DNA of 57,438 bases, filler included, from Catajapyx aquilonaris (GCA_000934665.2; 4 parts of 4 records of this genome joined end to end with filler, not necessarily neighbours in it); one strand, 5' to 3'. Counted from the whole stretch's first letter, positions 13,108 through 26,889 are shown. Numbers and translations are program-made. Notes: a model not told the origin generated them from the letters alone.

Positions 13108-13801
13108 ATAATGGGGAAGTAGCCTTCATTTTGGAAACTACATAATAAATTCGCCCATATTTTTTGGATTTTTTTGGCATATCCCGTTTTAAGATATCAG
13201 TTTCAGTTCCGGAGTAATTGGGGTTTTTATGTAGGGAAATGGTGACGTCACTGTTTGCCTCGAAAATGTTGACGTCACGCGAAGTGAAATGAACACAAAA
13301 ATGGTTTATAGAACGCGCTCCGTCATTGTCGTAAAATGCTTCGCTTTTGTTAGCAACCACTTAGCAACCGTCCCATTCCGTGAGCAAGATAGCGGCCGGG
13401 GCGCGTATTTATTCCAGGCCGCTCACATCGCTTTGTACGTGGCAGTGATGCCACCAGCTCGGAAATATCTGTCTCCCGAATTAGGCACATAAAGGCCCCC
13501 CTTCTCCACCTCGATGGCCTACAGCCGCCTTGCGAATGCTTTCCGTCGTGTCCGCGGTTAATTCAAAGTCAAATTCCTCATATCTCGCAGTCAACCAGGC
13601 ATTTCAGTGTACCCTTTCGATTGGCACCACCCGGCTGCCCCGTTTTTCCCGCCAATTTTGAAGGCACTTTTAAATGTGCCGTAATTTATCCAGTAATGTC
13701 ATTTTGATGCAACAAAGTGATGGAATGTATGTTTACAGGCATGGGCTAGCTAGTTATGAACAAAAATCCCAAATCCCAGACCAAGGCTACTTCCCCATTA
13801 T
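13108..13801. mobile_element. Non-autonomous TIR element
   Basis: 19-bp inverted termini ATAATGGGGAAGTAGCCTT / AAGGCTACTTCCCCATTAT; no transposase ORF; no clear TSD. Confidence 0.6.
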
Positions 13802-14560
13802 CTGGCAGCTATGCGTGGAGGTGGTTCATGGGCACCGCAAAAATCACTATGCTGGCCCAACAGTCACAGTTTCTCGTACTTGGTGTAATTAATTCATTAC
13901 TGCAAAACAATCGTAATGAATTGGCCAGCAGTGATATGCTTTTTGAACCGACGATCGGCGATAGGTTAGTACTCTAATATTTTGGCATGTGTGTCGCTTT
14001 TGATCAAAGCATTCAGTATACTTTGTCCATTTGGTTGCACAAGGCCTATGTGAGTCCCAAACTTGCTCTGAGCCTATAAACCGACATTCCCAAAATAACT
14101 GAACGGAATTTGCTTGTGCACCTTCTAGAAATGAGGTATCGGTACCCTTATGCAACCAAACATGAGCTTAAAGCCAGTGTAAGCTATACCGTACCAAGAG
14201 TAAATAATTCAGAGTGACTGACTTGTGTGACCATCCTTTTGACGCGATGGAATTGAGCATACTCGTTGCCTCCTGGCGGGAGAGGGAGNNNNNNNNNNNN
14301 NNNNNNNNNNNNNNNNNNNNNNNNNNNNNNNNTTAATTAATTAANNNNNNNNNNNNNNNNNNNNNNNNNNNNNNNNNNNNNNNNNNNNCCCCCCCCCCCC
14401 CCCAAAGGAGTAGGTAGCTCCCTAAGTGGGGTAATGAAAAAAAAATCACCTCGTATCTCGATAAATGCTTATTCTACTGCAATGTCTCGCATGTCTGTGG
14501 ATTCCTCGTGGCGTTGAGGAGATAAAGGCTTCATTACAGAAATTATTAAAGGCCTAATAA

Positions 14561-14865
14561 TCTATATAAATAAAGCCGTTTGTGAGTCTGTCTGTCGCTC
14601 TGTCCGCCTGCCAACAGTCATTTGCCTGCCATTTGTGCTCCACCCCCAGGCCGGGAGAGGATGGAGGTGTGGGGGGTTGACTACAGATGGCATTCAAATG
14701 ACGGTTGCCGTTATACAGGCGGGAGAGGTTGAATGTGTTGGAGTAGCAGGACCACATATGGCATTGGTGGGCGGACACACAGAACGACAGACAGTTGACG
14801 GGGGTACTGGCAGGTGTTTTCTCTTCATTCATTTCTTCTCGGGCAACGCCGGGTGCCGCAGCTAG
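14561..14865 (+). mobile_element. Complete non-autonomous Helitron (Lep1-like)
   Basis: Inserted between A and T with no TSD; 5' TC, subterminal hairpin CTCGGGCAACGCCGGG, 3' CTAG. The empty site is visible in the opposite arm of the host inverted repeat. Confidence 0.9.
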
Positions 14866-15001
14866 TAAAAAATATTTTTGGGAGGTCAAATTACAAATAG
14901 AGTGAACTTTGACCATGCCAGTTCGTTAAGGTCTATATTCGTGAAAATAAACAGACACACACAGCTCACACAATTCCAAATCTGCTGTACACCCCTGTAC
15001 C

Positions 15002-15469
15002 CGGATCGCAAAAAAACTACATAACCACTAAATAGGCAACGCTGCTCCCAATCGCTCCCAACTCCAGAGGGCATGGGAATATTGGAAGGAGGTGGGGGAT
15101 ATGGGCTAAGGCGCTCCAAGGCCTCTCGTGTAACTCCCTACCGAAAGCGATCAGAATTAACGCGGTTTAAGGGGAAGCGATACACAACTGCCATGTAACG
15201 TGCCTCTAGGTTCCTGTTGTATAAACGTGAGTTATAATAAGGTTTACTACGGAGTTAGCTCTTACAGAGCCTCGTTACACGGCAGTTTTGTATCGGTTCC
15301 CTTTAAATCGCGTTAATTCTGATCGCTTTCAGTAGGGAGTTACACGAGAGGCCTTGGAGCGCCTTAGCCCATATCCCCCACCTCCTTCCAATTCCCACCC
15401 CCTCTGGAGTTGGGAGCGATTGGGAGCAGCGTTGCCTATTTAGTGGTTACATCGTTTTTTTGCGATCCC
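15002..15469. repeat. Palindromic (foldback) element with about 200-bp arms
   Basis: GGATCGCAAAAAAA...AACCACTAAATAGGCAACGCTGCTCCCAATCGCTCCC... mirrored at 15272-15469. Confidence 0.85.
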
Positions 15470-16835
15470 AGTAGCTGCAAAGACACAGCTGGCAACGCGT
15501 ATTTTATAGCGGCGCTCTTGAAGGCTCGTCCAGTTACACGGCAGGCTTAACCCGCTTCTAATCCCTTGAAGCGATTGTACAAGGTAGTTTATCTTAAGGC
15601 GCTAGAGAACGTAGCTTCGAGTTTTGAAGCGCTTTAGCGCAAGTTACACGACAGCGATGAATATCGCTCGACGCGAAGCGGATCCCTGAAAAGCGATAAA
15701 AAGCTGCCGTGTAACGTGCCTCCTAGTGGTGCAAATAACTCAAAACCGCCACAATTGGACTTAGTTTTACTCTCCTGTATGTCCACGATGTAATGGTACT
15801 GTACAGTGCAGTGGGTGGGAGTAATTATTAGGATTTTGTATATCGATAACCCCACGAATTTCTAAAATGAAACCTGTACCGATGTGTACAGAAGTTGGAA
15901 TTGTGTGTGTTTATTTTCACGAATATAGACCTTAACGAACGGGCAAGGTCAAAGTTCACAATATTTGACCTCCCAAAAATGATGATTATTAGGCCTTTCA
16001 TAATTTCTGAAGTTGATCCATTTTTTTTCTCCCACACAAATGGGAATCCACATACATGATGCGAGACATTTCAGCAAATTAGCATTTATCGAGATATAAG
16101 GTGATTTTTAAAAGGCCATGTTTACTGTAGTTTATAATTTTCGTCGATTTTGACCAAGGCATAACTCTTGACCTATTGAACCCAGGGGGTTTAAATTTAG
16201 TGTTTCTTTATTGTTAAAAGAATGACTCTGTATACGCCCATCGAAATAAAAATAGAGGGCGTTATTTTTAATAAAGGGGCGAATTGAAGCGTTTCTCGGA
16301 ATAATCCCATACCGTATGTCTAGTTTTTTTCAGGAAACAAAAAAAAACTGCCCATAGGTCATACATTGCCTTAGCCCAGGGGTTCTTAACCTTTTCGGGC
16401 CTCCGCACCCCTTTGAAGACAATTGGTCCTTGTCGCACCCCCTATATCAGGGGTGATTGATTAAGTTCATAGTTAGATTAAGTCCAGAGGTGCACCTTGC
16501 TCGCATCCCCAGGGGAGCCACCTCGCAACCCCTGGGGGTGCGGGCACCCAGGTAAGGTTAAGAATAGCTGCGCTTAGCTAGTCTGCACTTTTTATTTTAG
16601 TGTATGTGTATATGACACACACTTGCATTCAACTATGCAAATTGGACACGACAATGTTTTGTGAAATATGGAATTTTTCCGGAATTATCACAAACACTGC
16701 CTTATTTTCATGGAAATACGTACTTATATTAGCTCTTATGCATAGAGAATCATTGATTACACCAATTTCTTGATCATTTGGAAGGATATTATAACGTCCT
16801 CTTATCGGATACAGGCGGGTTATTACAGTGCACCA

Positions 16836-17189
16836 GGGAGGTGCGGTGGCCGAGATGGTAACGTCTCGGCTTGCTGAACGAAAGGTCCCAGGTTCGATCC
16901 CCGCCTGGGAGCTCTCCTTCGCCTGCGTCAGGAGGGTCTCTGACCCGCGTCTTGGAGGTGTCTGGCAACCTAACCTCCTGGGGGACTGCACATGGCCCAG
17001 TTTGAGACTTTGCACTTTCACCCGCGTCCCCTCCCCACAACAAATCCCCATTCCCTTCCCCTTTCTCCTCCGCACGGTGTTAGAAGAAAAATGGCAGAAA
17101 ATATACTGAAAAGATGGTGGTATTCCACCCCCCTAAAGGAGCGATGATTCTCCCAATAGGGAAAGTAAAATAAAAAATAAAATAAATTG
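16836..17189 (+). mobile_element. tRNA-derived SINE, family A, copy 3 (variant tail)
   Basis: A/B boxes; 10-bp TSD CAGTGCACCA; A-rich tail; terminal hairpin sequence differs from copies 1, 2 and 4. Confidence 0.9.
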
Positions 17190-17216
17190 CAGTGCACCAT
17201 CATGTAGATTGTAGAG

Positions 17217-17442
17217 CAGTGGTCCCCAACCTTTTTCGGGTCGCGACCCCCTTTTATGATAAGTCAAGTAACCTGCGACCCCCCCNCCCCCCCCCTTCCC
17301 GCCGAGTGTTAGTAGGTGTTGGAAAAAAAAGCCTTCGCGATGAAAATTTTTGTGATTTTTGTTTTAAATTTTTAATTTATGAAAATTACCGCGGCCACGC
17401 GCGACCCCCCGGAAAAGGCTTCCCCCAGGTTGTGAACCACTG
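17217..17442. mobile_element. hAT (Charlie-like) MITE
   Basis: CAGTGGTCCCCAACC...GGTTGTGAACCACTG with 8-bp TSD TTGTAGAG. Confidence 0.85.
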
Positions 17443-19083
17443 TTGTAGAGAAACCGGACAACTGATAAAAACATTTTAGCTTAAGAAAAAGGCAGTGTCC
17501 CCGACACAACCTAATGTGATTTTTTTATAGACACACTCTGTGGCAACCCTGTACACAAAATTGTCGCATGTACACTGCATATTATCACTTCGAGGCGTGC
17601 CAAACTTTGCATTGTAATATTCTGTATGAAAATCTTGCAGTAAACTTTGTATAAGTCACGTGAAGTTCTGGCTTACTTTCCAATAACAATTTGTGCATGA
17701 GACTGAGAGAAAGCTTTTTAGGAAGGTAATATACGTACAGTACAGTATACATACGTGAATTTTTCCTGCGCGAGTATAGTGAGACTGTCTATAGCCTTGA
17801 TGTTTCATGATGGCATCAACGACGCGAGCAGGGGTTGCCCTGGGGTGGTGCTGCTTAGACAATTTGGGGACATACAATGTTTTACCAGATACTTCTGAAT
17901 AATCCAGATAATCATATCACACTATCATCCCGTGAAAAGTCTCACATGTCACCGCTGACATGTGGGATTCTTCCGGGAAATCACACTTGACGTGGGGTTT
18001 TGTTGGAAGCCGTTGGAAAGATCGGATTTTTCCGGATTTTTCCCTTCAATATCTCCAACAACAGCGGTTTTTTCAGAAATGGGAGAGAAGCATTCATGGA
18101 GGGCTTCCGAAAGTATGTCATACTACCTTTAACTAATTTTGTCAAATTTGATGGCGTATGTGGGTTTTCCGAAAAACGCCTCTTTTGTCTCCACGGTCAC
18201 TCGATTGCGTCTTTGCTCAAGCTGAACAGCACATCTCTTCTTGGAAAGGTATTTTTCCCCAAAGCATTGAAAGGATTGAAAGGAAACTTATTAAGGGCAA
18301 TCCCATGCAGGAATAACTATAGCTAAAAGCCTTCCTGTCTATCTTTCTCCGAACAAACTTGCTAAGCAACGGTTACTATGCACACGAACACCCACACCTC
18401 CTTTGGAGCCTCTGTATGTTTCATCATTCCTCATTGGCAACGAATCTGTTGGCAATATCTCTTTGTTTCCAGTACTATTTGCCAGAGTTCCTAATTCACT
18501 TGAATCAGGCCTATACGTGTAAGCCCGTGTAGGCCCTCTTATTGTTCACTTCACATCCACATCACTGACATATACCGTGTGTTTCATATAGTTGAGTTCA
18601 CATCTGCATTTGTAAATATGTTGTGGACGATCCTATCTCCTTGCCTGAAAGTGTGGTGGTGATTGTACATTGTAGGAATGCCAATTAAATGTTTTTCAGC
18701 TGCGTGTATGGTTTTGAGCATGATTGTATGTGTTCACAGGAGCAAGGTCTCCCCTACAGGCTGCGACAAAAGTTGGGAAATCAGTATGGCAAATATAGCA
18801 AAGTTCTCTTTGTTTTGTCCAGTGGCGACAAATTCCTCCGCTATATAGCTTTGTTGTCATTTACTGTATGTTGCCTCACCTTCAAGTGTGGCAGTGACAG
18901 TATACAGAGTGCGGAAATAATAACGTGCACAAACTTTGGGGGATGATGTGTAGGTGTTATTGGTCTGTGCAGCCTAGTTACCGAGAAAATGAGTGATCTT
19001 ACCATTTTGTTTTAAATTTAAGAAGTTATCATGCAATTTACATGATCCCATTTAAATATGACACTCTATAATAATACTGCATG

Positions 19084-22000
19084 GGGTTAGAGCAAATAAT
19101 AGTCAACAGCAGCGGAAAGATGTGGCCCAAGCACAGAGGGAAGGTTCACAGTCTACTGGACAATACGGAAGATCGAAAAGAGGAAGAGATTCGCCGATGG
19201 ACCGATCAACAACGAAACGTCTCAACCCCTGGAATACCCCGGAGCTGCCGCATCAGAAAGATGGGACAGAGGTAGGAGGGTCTCCTCTCTCCTGATGATC
19301 CACCACAAAGAGACCCAGACAACGTTGGATCCCCTTCGTTACTGGAAGTTGCTACATTGGAGGACCAGACCACCGAGAAGTCAGATGTACTACAACCTCA
19401 GGATGGAACTGTCGAGCAAGTCAAATTCGGATTGGGAAATTCCAACTTCAAACGCAGCAGGTGCAGCAACATAACGTACCCCCTGGACAGGGGGCCTCAT
19501 TACCGGAGAGCCAGCAATTGAAGAAAACACAACACCTGGCGAAAGTAATCCAGAAGAAAAAATGAGATGAGGCCAGACGAGTGAATGCAGACTTGACACT
19601 CCCGGTTAGCACACCCCACACGGTTATTAATGCAAAGAGTGCGAGTTTTTTTGAGTGCTGTTCTCGTGTGCCGGAAAGCAGCCGGCAATTCTGTGCGGGA
19701 AGTTCCGTTTATGTTGTCTCATGGAATATTGCAGGAAAACCCGTGATTGACGCCTTTCAAGAATGTAAGGTCAACTTGTTTCATACTATTTGTTGGGGAT
19801 TCACAGAAACTTGGCGCACGACCTGTATGGATTTTTCTGGTATTGAGAATGTCACCGCCTTCCAATCCCTGGCAGTCAACCCGATGCACTCCGGTCGACC
19901 ATCCGGAGGACTCGTCCTGATAGTCAACACTCGTTTAAACCCCAAAGTTTTGAGTGTTCACAGGCATTATATTATAATAACTATCGAGTTGTGCGCGAAA
20001 CGTATTTTCCTGGGCCTTATTTACCTTCCTCCAAACAAAACTTTTCACACTGTTCTGACCAACTTGACCGAAGACCTGACGTCATATGTCCCAGCGGGCT
20101 CCTCATTTTTTTTGATGGGTGATTTCAACTCGCGTCTGGCCAATGCGAACTTGACTGACCATGCTATGCTAACTGATGGAAGTGGCTTGTTCGATGTCAG
20201 ACAGTCGCAGGATATCCAACTTAATCCAAGAGGTTCACTACTACTAGAATTCATGAATTTTTTTTCTTTGATCATTCTGAATGGTATGACCCCGGGTGAC
20301 CGCCTTGGTAACTATACATTTGTTAATACTAATGGGCAATCAGTTGACTACATGATGTTAACTTTTGATTTAACTGATGTAGTTACTAATTTTATGGTGT
20401 CAGATATAATAGGTTCCGATCATTTTCCAATTGTTGCCACCTTTACCGAATATAGACCTACAAACCCTGCGCCCTGCTCCCAAACCATGACTTTAACCAT
20501 TCCAAAAACCGGTCTTGCTTTCTTAAAAGATAAATTAGACGATATTATTCTGACCTCCTATTTGATTCTGACCTGGACTGTATAGATATCGCTTGCAGGT
20601 GTCAAAGCTTACTTACCGCTATGCTTCGACACCATGGTGTATTGAAAAGTACCACTCCATCTCATAACAAAATTAAGAGATCCTAACCTTGGTATACGAT
20701 TATTCACTCGGGAAAAGCAAAAGTAAGTTACAAGGAAAGTTGGGAAAATGGAGACGAACGGAATCGGACGAAGATCGGACTAACTATGTTACCTCTCTTC
20801 GTGCCTACCGGAACAAGGTTAAAGCAAAAAAGAAATTATATTTCAACTCTACTTTACAACGTATACTACAAACACGTGATGCTACACAATTTTGGGACAC
20901 AAATAAACAACATACCGGTAGTCGTAAACCTAAACGTGTTGCGATCCCTGAGGATGAATGGTTAGCATACTTGGCACTTCAATATGACAGTCCCCTAATA
21001 ACTATCGATCCTGATCCGACCTAGCTTTCACTGTACGTATGTCCCAACCCTAGAAGACCTGATTACTATGATCGAATTAACGGGTGCCATTGCCAAACTA
21101 AAAATGGGGAAAGCAGCGGGCCCGGACAATATTCCCAAATGAAATCTTCAAACTAGGTTCGGATAAATTTTGCTCTTATTTACTTATACAATTTAATAAA
21201 ATTCTGGACACCGGCCTGGTCCCTGCTCAATGGACTCATGTTCGAGTTATACCCATTTATAAAAATATAGATACAACAGACCCCGCGAATTATAGGCCGA
21301 TTTCCTTGCTTAATCATATCTTAAAACTCTTCACTACCATCTTAAATGCTAGACTGATAAAGTGGATCGAAATAAATTTAACGTATTACCGGCGACGCAA
21401 GCCGGCTTTCGTCCAGGCTATGGTTGTACCGATCTTATTTTTACGCTGCATATTCTTCAAAACCGTTATCTTCTCAAAAAACAGGGTAAACTTTACGGCC
21501 TATTTGTCGATTTTTCCAAAGCCTTCGACTCCATCCCTTTCCATTTACTTTGGCGTACTTTGGGGTCGGAAACAGGCTGATAAGAACAATTCGAAGTTTA
21601 TACGGATCCGTCTGTATTTTCTCTGAAGACTCGAACACCCAGGTATCTATAACAAGAGGGGTTTTACAAGGTGAGACTCTCAGTCCTACCCTCTTTAATT
21701 TGTTCACGGCTGACCTGCAGAATTTTTTGATAGACAATAATATTTCTGGGTTACATATTGGCAATTCGATCCCAACGATTTTTTTTTCTCCAATATGCAG
21801 ACGATATTATTTTACTTGGAGAAAATCGTATATATCTACAGAAGATGATTGATGTTTTTTATAAATATACCTTACTAAATCATATGAAAGTAAATATAAC
21901 AAAGACCAAAGTGATGGTCTTCCGGCGAGGTGGCAAACTGTCCAGGTCAGACAAATTTTTCTGGGAGCATCAGCCGTTAGATATAGTTAAGGAATACAAA

Positions 22001-23314
22001 TATCTAGGCGTCCCTTTCACGACGACGGTTAAGTTCCGAACTGCACCCACCTATTTTTTGAACAAGGCTATAACTGCGATTAACGCGCTTTGGCCCACTT
22101 TAGTTAAAACTAAATTACGTAGCATTAAATCAGCACTTAGAATTTTTGATGCCAAAATTTTGCCAATTATCCTTTACAATGCTCATATTTGGGGTTTGGC
22201 ACACCTGGAGATCATAGATAAATTACAATCATTTTTCTTAAAAAAGCTACTAAGTTTACCAAGATGTACAGTACCTCGGGCTATTTTGTGCATCTCGAAA
22301 CTGGACGCAGGCCAATCTCTATTAATGTTTTTCGCCAATTATATAAAATTTTGATAACCAATTTGAATAGATCGGACAACACATTGCAAAAACAAATTTT
22401 AATGTATGCCATAGATGACGCATGTCCTCATGAGAATGGTTGGTACCAGCTGGTCAATGATATGTTTAATTGTGCTGGCATATCCTTTCAAACTTGGTTA
22501 TTACATAGAGATAAAATCAATTTCGTGGACCTCCTTTACTACTTTCATTAGACGTACAGTAGATATTGACCTCAAACGCTTAGAAGATTCAACTTCTCGT
22601 TATACCCACTATAAATATATTAAATTTGATTACATGATGGGACAACATTTCACCTGGGCCTCCCCCTCCCTGCATTATGTTTATTAACAAATCTGCGCAA
22701 CAATTCTAACACTTTCTGGTTAGATGGATATGTTGTTAGATTCGATGATATTCAGTTCTGTTCTCTCTGTAATGAAACTTCCTCTTTCTTTAACTTGCAT
22801 CACTTCCTTTAAGGCCCATTCACACAGGCCGTCGACGGTTTTGGTTTTGGTTTTGGTTTTGGTTTTGGACCAATCAGAGCGGGCCCTCACGGTAACCATG
22901 ACGCGTTGTTTACGTGAGGGCCCGTTCTGATTGGTCCGCGGCGTCGACGAGACCAAAAACCAAAACAGTCGACGGCCTGTGTGAATGGGCCTTTACTCCT
23001 GTCGCTTAAAAAAAAGGTAGACAGCGCTACCTAAGCGATATGCCTTCCGCGCCACCAAATAAATTCCATCATGTTTTCTGTGGCTGCTCTAAACCTGACA
23101 TTCTTAATTTGTATAATTTTTTCAAAGATGCTTGTAAATTACTGAAATTTTGTGACATTGTTTTGCGGAGTGTTCGGTTTCGACATCATCTGTTACTTGT
23201 TACTATATATATGAGTCCCCTCCCCCCCCCCCTACTATGGAACCCTAGTTCCCTTCGGGGGGAGTATCAATAAATTTGATTTGATTTGATTTGATTTGAT
23301 TTGATTTGATTTGG
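19084..23314 (+). mobile_element. 5'-truncated, degenerate APE-type non-LTR retrotransposon (RTE-X-like)
   Basis: APE motifs SWNIAG, FTETW, GRPSGG, MGDFNSR, SDHFPI; RT motifs AAGPDNI, NYRPISLL, QAGFR, FVDFSKAFDSI, GVLQGETLSP, LQYADD, KTKVMVF, YKYLGV; C-terminal CSLC..HH; (ATTTG)n tail; 13-bp TSD ATAATACTGCATG (19071-19083 / 23315-23327); several frameshifts and stops. Clade call tentative. Confidence 0.92.
22812..22992. mobile_element. PIF/Harbinger-type MITE inserted in the LINE zinc-knuckle region
   Basis: 25-bp TIR AGGCCCATTCACACAGGCCGTCGAC; TTA TSD. Confidence 0.9.
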
Positions 23315-24329
23315 ATAATACTGCATGCACACTGGAAAAGAACACAAAGAAAACATCTAAAAAAAACATTACAACATGAATTTGTTATGCTAAAATTTTA
23401 TTCAGAAGAAGAGTGGTCAGAATGATCTGATTCAATACCCCTGAAATGGGAATCACACAATAACTAGCCTTCTGGGCTCAAATACAGTACCGGTACTTCA
23501 GAAGGGCACACAGCAGGTTCTGAATCTAAACTTCCTTCAGAGGCAAAATGGTCCAGTTCATGAAAGGGGTCCTACAAACGTCTGCTATGCTGTGCCAACA
23601 AGTCTGACGAGCAGGGTTTCAGCATGAATGAATATGAAATTGACAGGTGCAACTTCGCAGCAAATGTTACTAATGAACCATGAGCCACTCTCAGGTTTTT
23701 CCAGATCTCCGTGCAACAAATGCATAGAATACAATCATGCTTTCTGACTGAAGTTGGGGGTTTTAATTTCCATGATTAAATTACAGTTAGCAGCTAATTT
23801 TTCCCTATGCTCTCATTCCCCACTCAACCAAGCTTAATGAAAACACAGTACAGTCTAGGGAAACATTTCATGCGTTTAGGCCAGTGCAGTGGTTCCCAAA
23901 CTTTTTTGACCATGACCCACATGGACAGAGCTAAGATCCTGCAGCATACTGCATCATCTTTAAATTATTATATGGGCAGTATGAGCACACTACGTCACCA
24001 AAGTCTGCAAGGCCGCAGACACCACGTGCACAAGGCACCTCTTCTTGTACTGTACCACGGTCACCTCCCATGCACCGTGGCCACCACCACTGACTGTCCA
24101 CCACCACATCAGGCAGGAACTGTCCTTCATTCAGCACAAAACGGACCACCAGGCCGAAGAGGATCACGTAGGGAGGGATGGGTAGGGGAATAAAAAGGAT
24201 AATATAGGTAACGCCACACAAAAAAAACTTACACATGGGTTCAAAAGTCTCCAAAGGCAATGGCGGGCTCTTCAAGTTCTCCAAACGGGCACACTCCCGG
24301 AAAAAAATCACATCAAAATCACACTGTTA

Positions 24330-24745
24330 CAGTGCTGGACATATTAGCCGTCGCTGAATGTTTTTTTCCGGCGGCGGCGGCGGCTGCGTTACCTGGAAAC
24401 CCTGTCCGGCGGGTCAATTCAAACATCAGCCCATGGAGAGCGCTTCCATTGTTGCCGCTGTTTACAAATCGAGTGAGTGACCCCAAAATGACTTATTGCT
24501 TCTAACACCATTATTTTCCCCGTTTTCTCCTGCATATCCCTGCCGATACTGTGTAAGCAGGCAGAAGAGACCCGTCGCTGGGTTGTCCGCGTCACTCACT
24601 CGATTTGTAAACAGTGGCAACAATGGCAAGCACTCTCCATGGGCTGATGTTTTAATTGGCCCGCCGGACAGGGTTGCCAGGTAACGCCGCCGCCGCCGTC
24701 GCCGCCGAAAAAAACATTCAGCGACGGCTAATTTGTCCAGCACTG
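24330..24745. mobile_element. Tc1/mariner-type MITE with long TIRs
   Basis: TA|CAGTGCTGGACA...TGTCCAGCACTG|TA, arms about 150 bp; a related left end starts near 57344. Confidence 0.88.
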
Positions 24746-24949
24746 TACAAAAAAATTCAAAAGCCCAACCAATCTGAAGAGTTGTTCACAACACACAAAA
24801 AACACAGGTGCATTGCCAGCAACTACGGACAGAGAACGCTCTCATTTAAGCAATAAGAGGAACCCCCCATTACCAAAAAACTGGCCAAAAAAGGCAAAAC
24901 GCCCCAAAAAGGAGGAGGGGCATGCCCTATTGAAAACATACCGCCCTCT

Positions 24950-25355
24950 ACCGAAGCAGTAGTGGTGTAGTGGATATGGTGTCCGACTGCTAATCGGGAG
25001 GTCCTGGGTTCGAGTCCCGGAGGCCGGCGGTCCTGACCTTGGTTTTCTGTGGTTTTCCAAGGTCACTCCAGGGAAATCCCGGGATCGTACCGTTATATAG
25101 GCCACAGCCGCTTCCTTCCTTTCCCTGGAGGAGGCGCGGTGTCGGGAGCTTCCGGCCGCGCCTAGGGGGGGTGTCTATAAGCTTGGCCCCCTGAGGGACT
25201 GCACACGGCTCCCACCACAGGACAATGCACTGCACCTTTGTTCCTCCCTCCCTATCCCTTCCCTGTCCCTGCACCGGTGAGATTGTAAAAGTTAGAAAAA
25301 TGGAGGAGATCTCCTCCCCCTGCATTGACCAATTGGTCTCAAGGAGGATCCCAAA

Positions 25356-25400
<45 letters not shown>
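24950..25400 (+). mobile_element. tRNA-derived SINE, family B (composite)
   Basis: A box (TGGTGTAGTGG), B box (GGTTCGAGTCC); a domain GGTTTTCTGTGGTTTTCC...GGCCACAGCCGCTTCCTTCC recalling locust Lm1/termite SINE bodies; then a domain shared with family A; (AAAT)n tail; 16-bp TSD AAACATACCGCCCTCT. Confidence 0.9.
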
Positions 25401-25402
<2 letters not shown>

Positions 25403-26889
25403 ACATACCGCCCTCTGCTTCATTCGTTAACCTGAAACGAAGAAGCCAAGGTGTTCCACAGCTCTTCAAAAAAAAACCAGCCAGTGCCTGTTAACCCTAA
25501 AACAGACACCAGAAGGAACAACAATACTCCACCATATGCCACTTATTCAAGCAAAATGACAATATAACTCAGGAAGGTTTAATCCACTAAAGAAATGGAC
25601 GTCGTGGACCTTCCTGATTTGTCTGGGTGACACAATGACATCATCCAAACAACCAAACCAGCTCTTTGGGATGCACTTCACACCCCATCGATCCAACCTG
25701 GGAAAGTACCGTCTGTACCTCTGCCATTTCCCAAATTACTTTGGGTCCATTGTTGCCAACCTAGGACCAGAGGAAAGGGATATTTTCCGAACCACCTCCG
25801 CTAACTGGCCCTTGTTGCAATTGCAAGTGAATTCACCCAATTCACGCTTAACGCAACAGCCAGCGCTACGGTCAGCGAGGTTCACCTGACCCAAGCCTTC
25901 AACGGACATCACCGTAGATGGCGTAGAAGCAGGTCCATGGCTGCCAACGTGAAGGTTGCTGCTAAGCACGACGGCCGCTTTAAGCAAACTATCACATGGC
26001 TGGGGCATTGTTGTCAACTGCACCCGGTCCGTCCACCCTCTCTCAGGAGGTGGCGAATGCACAAGTACAATGTACCCTTGATTGTTCCCACGACAATCAG
26101 GATTGGGAGGAGGGGGGTTTCCACCTGCTGCCTGCTCCATCCCGCGCCCCCCTGGGCAGCGAGGACTGGTCTCACACGGACTTACACACGGTGGGGGTGG
26201 AGTTGGGAGGGATTCAGGATCTGCAGTTTCGGCTGCGCCTTGCGCACCGGGGTCAACTGCAGGGGGAAGGGATGGGGAAGAAATGTCGGCCCCCAACTGA
26301 CCAGCACTGCCCACGTGGCACAGGAAAGCGGGCCAAAATTGGAACCGACATTGGTCCAACACAGTAACACCGGGCGAATATCGGCCGATCAAGGCAACCC
26401 TGGCCCCAATATTGTACTAACACCGAATCCCGTCCTAACTCCGCAGTCCTAGTCATCCATCCCAAAGCCGTCCCATGCCGCTGTTGGTACCAATGTCGGG
26501 CCGATGTCGTGAAGGTCGGCAATTGTCGGCCGACTTAGCCAGTCTGTGGCCAATCTTGTCCGAATGCTGGGTGCCGACCTATTCCCGACCTAAGTCCGCC
26601 CGATGGCAGCCAGTCTGTCGCCAATCTTGGCCGAATGTTGGGTGCTGACCTATGCCCAGTGGCGGATTAGCCATAACCCAGGCAGCACAAAAAACGGCCC
26701 ATGATTGGCACGATATTGGTCGCGAAACTGGGTATAGCTTGGCCGATCTAGCCGGTTTACGGCCAATGTTGGCCCTAAAACGGCAGCCGATCTAACCCCG
26801 ATGTGACTTCTCAGGAAGCACTGCGGCTATTACCGGTCTAAGGCCAATGTTGGCCCTAAAACGGCAGCCTATCTAACCCAGATCTTGAC

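Larger units (their letters stand above)
14437..16110. repeat. Large degenerate inverted repeat (old TIR element) hosting nested insertions
   Basis: 14437-14998, with the Helitron removed, is the reverse complement of about 15880-16110 (AAAAATCACC.....TCTCGATAAATGCT...AAAGGCCTAATAAT...GTTCGTTAAGGTCTATATTCGTGAAAATAAAC). Confidence 0.8.

Noticed and set aside
13240..13372. CRE palindromes (TGACGTCA) and RFX-like TTAGCAAC motifs suggesting a promoter
   Set aside because: They lie inside the TIR element 13108-13801 and I found no convincing downstream gene.
14289..14388. TTAATTAATTAA embedded in N-runs (also 28680-28779 and 43063-43162)
   Set aside because: Identical 100-bp construct at three gaps with stops in all six frames; an assembly spacer, not biology.
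17650..18950. Cys/His-rich broken frames on the minus strand
   Set aside because: Probably an old transposase or other TE relic; no diagnostic motif recognised.
24305..24330. Candidate last exon of POLR2K (minus strand CAG|TGTGATTTTGATG)
   Set aside because: Gives an immediate stop instead of VVFDAR and lies beyond the intervening Trx gene.
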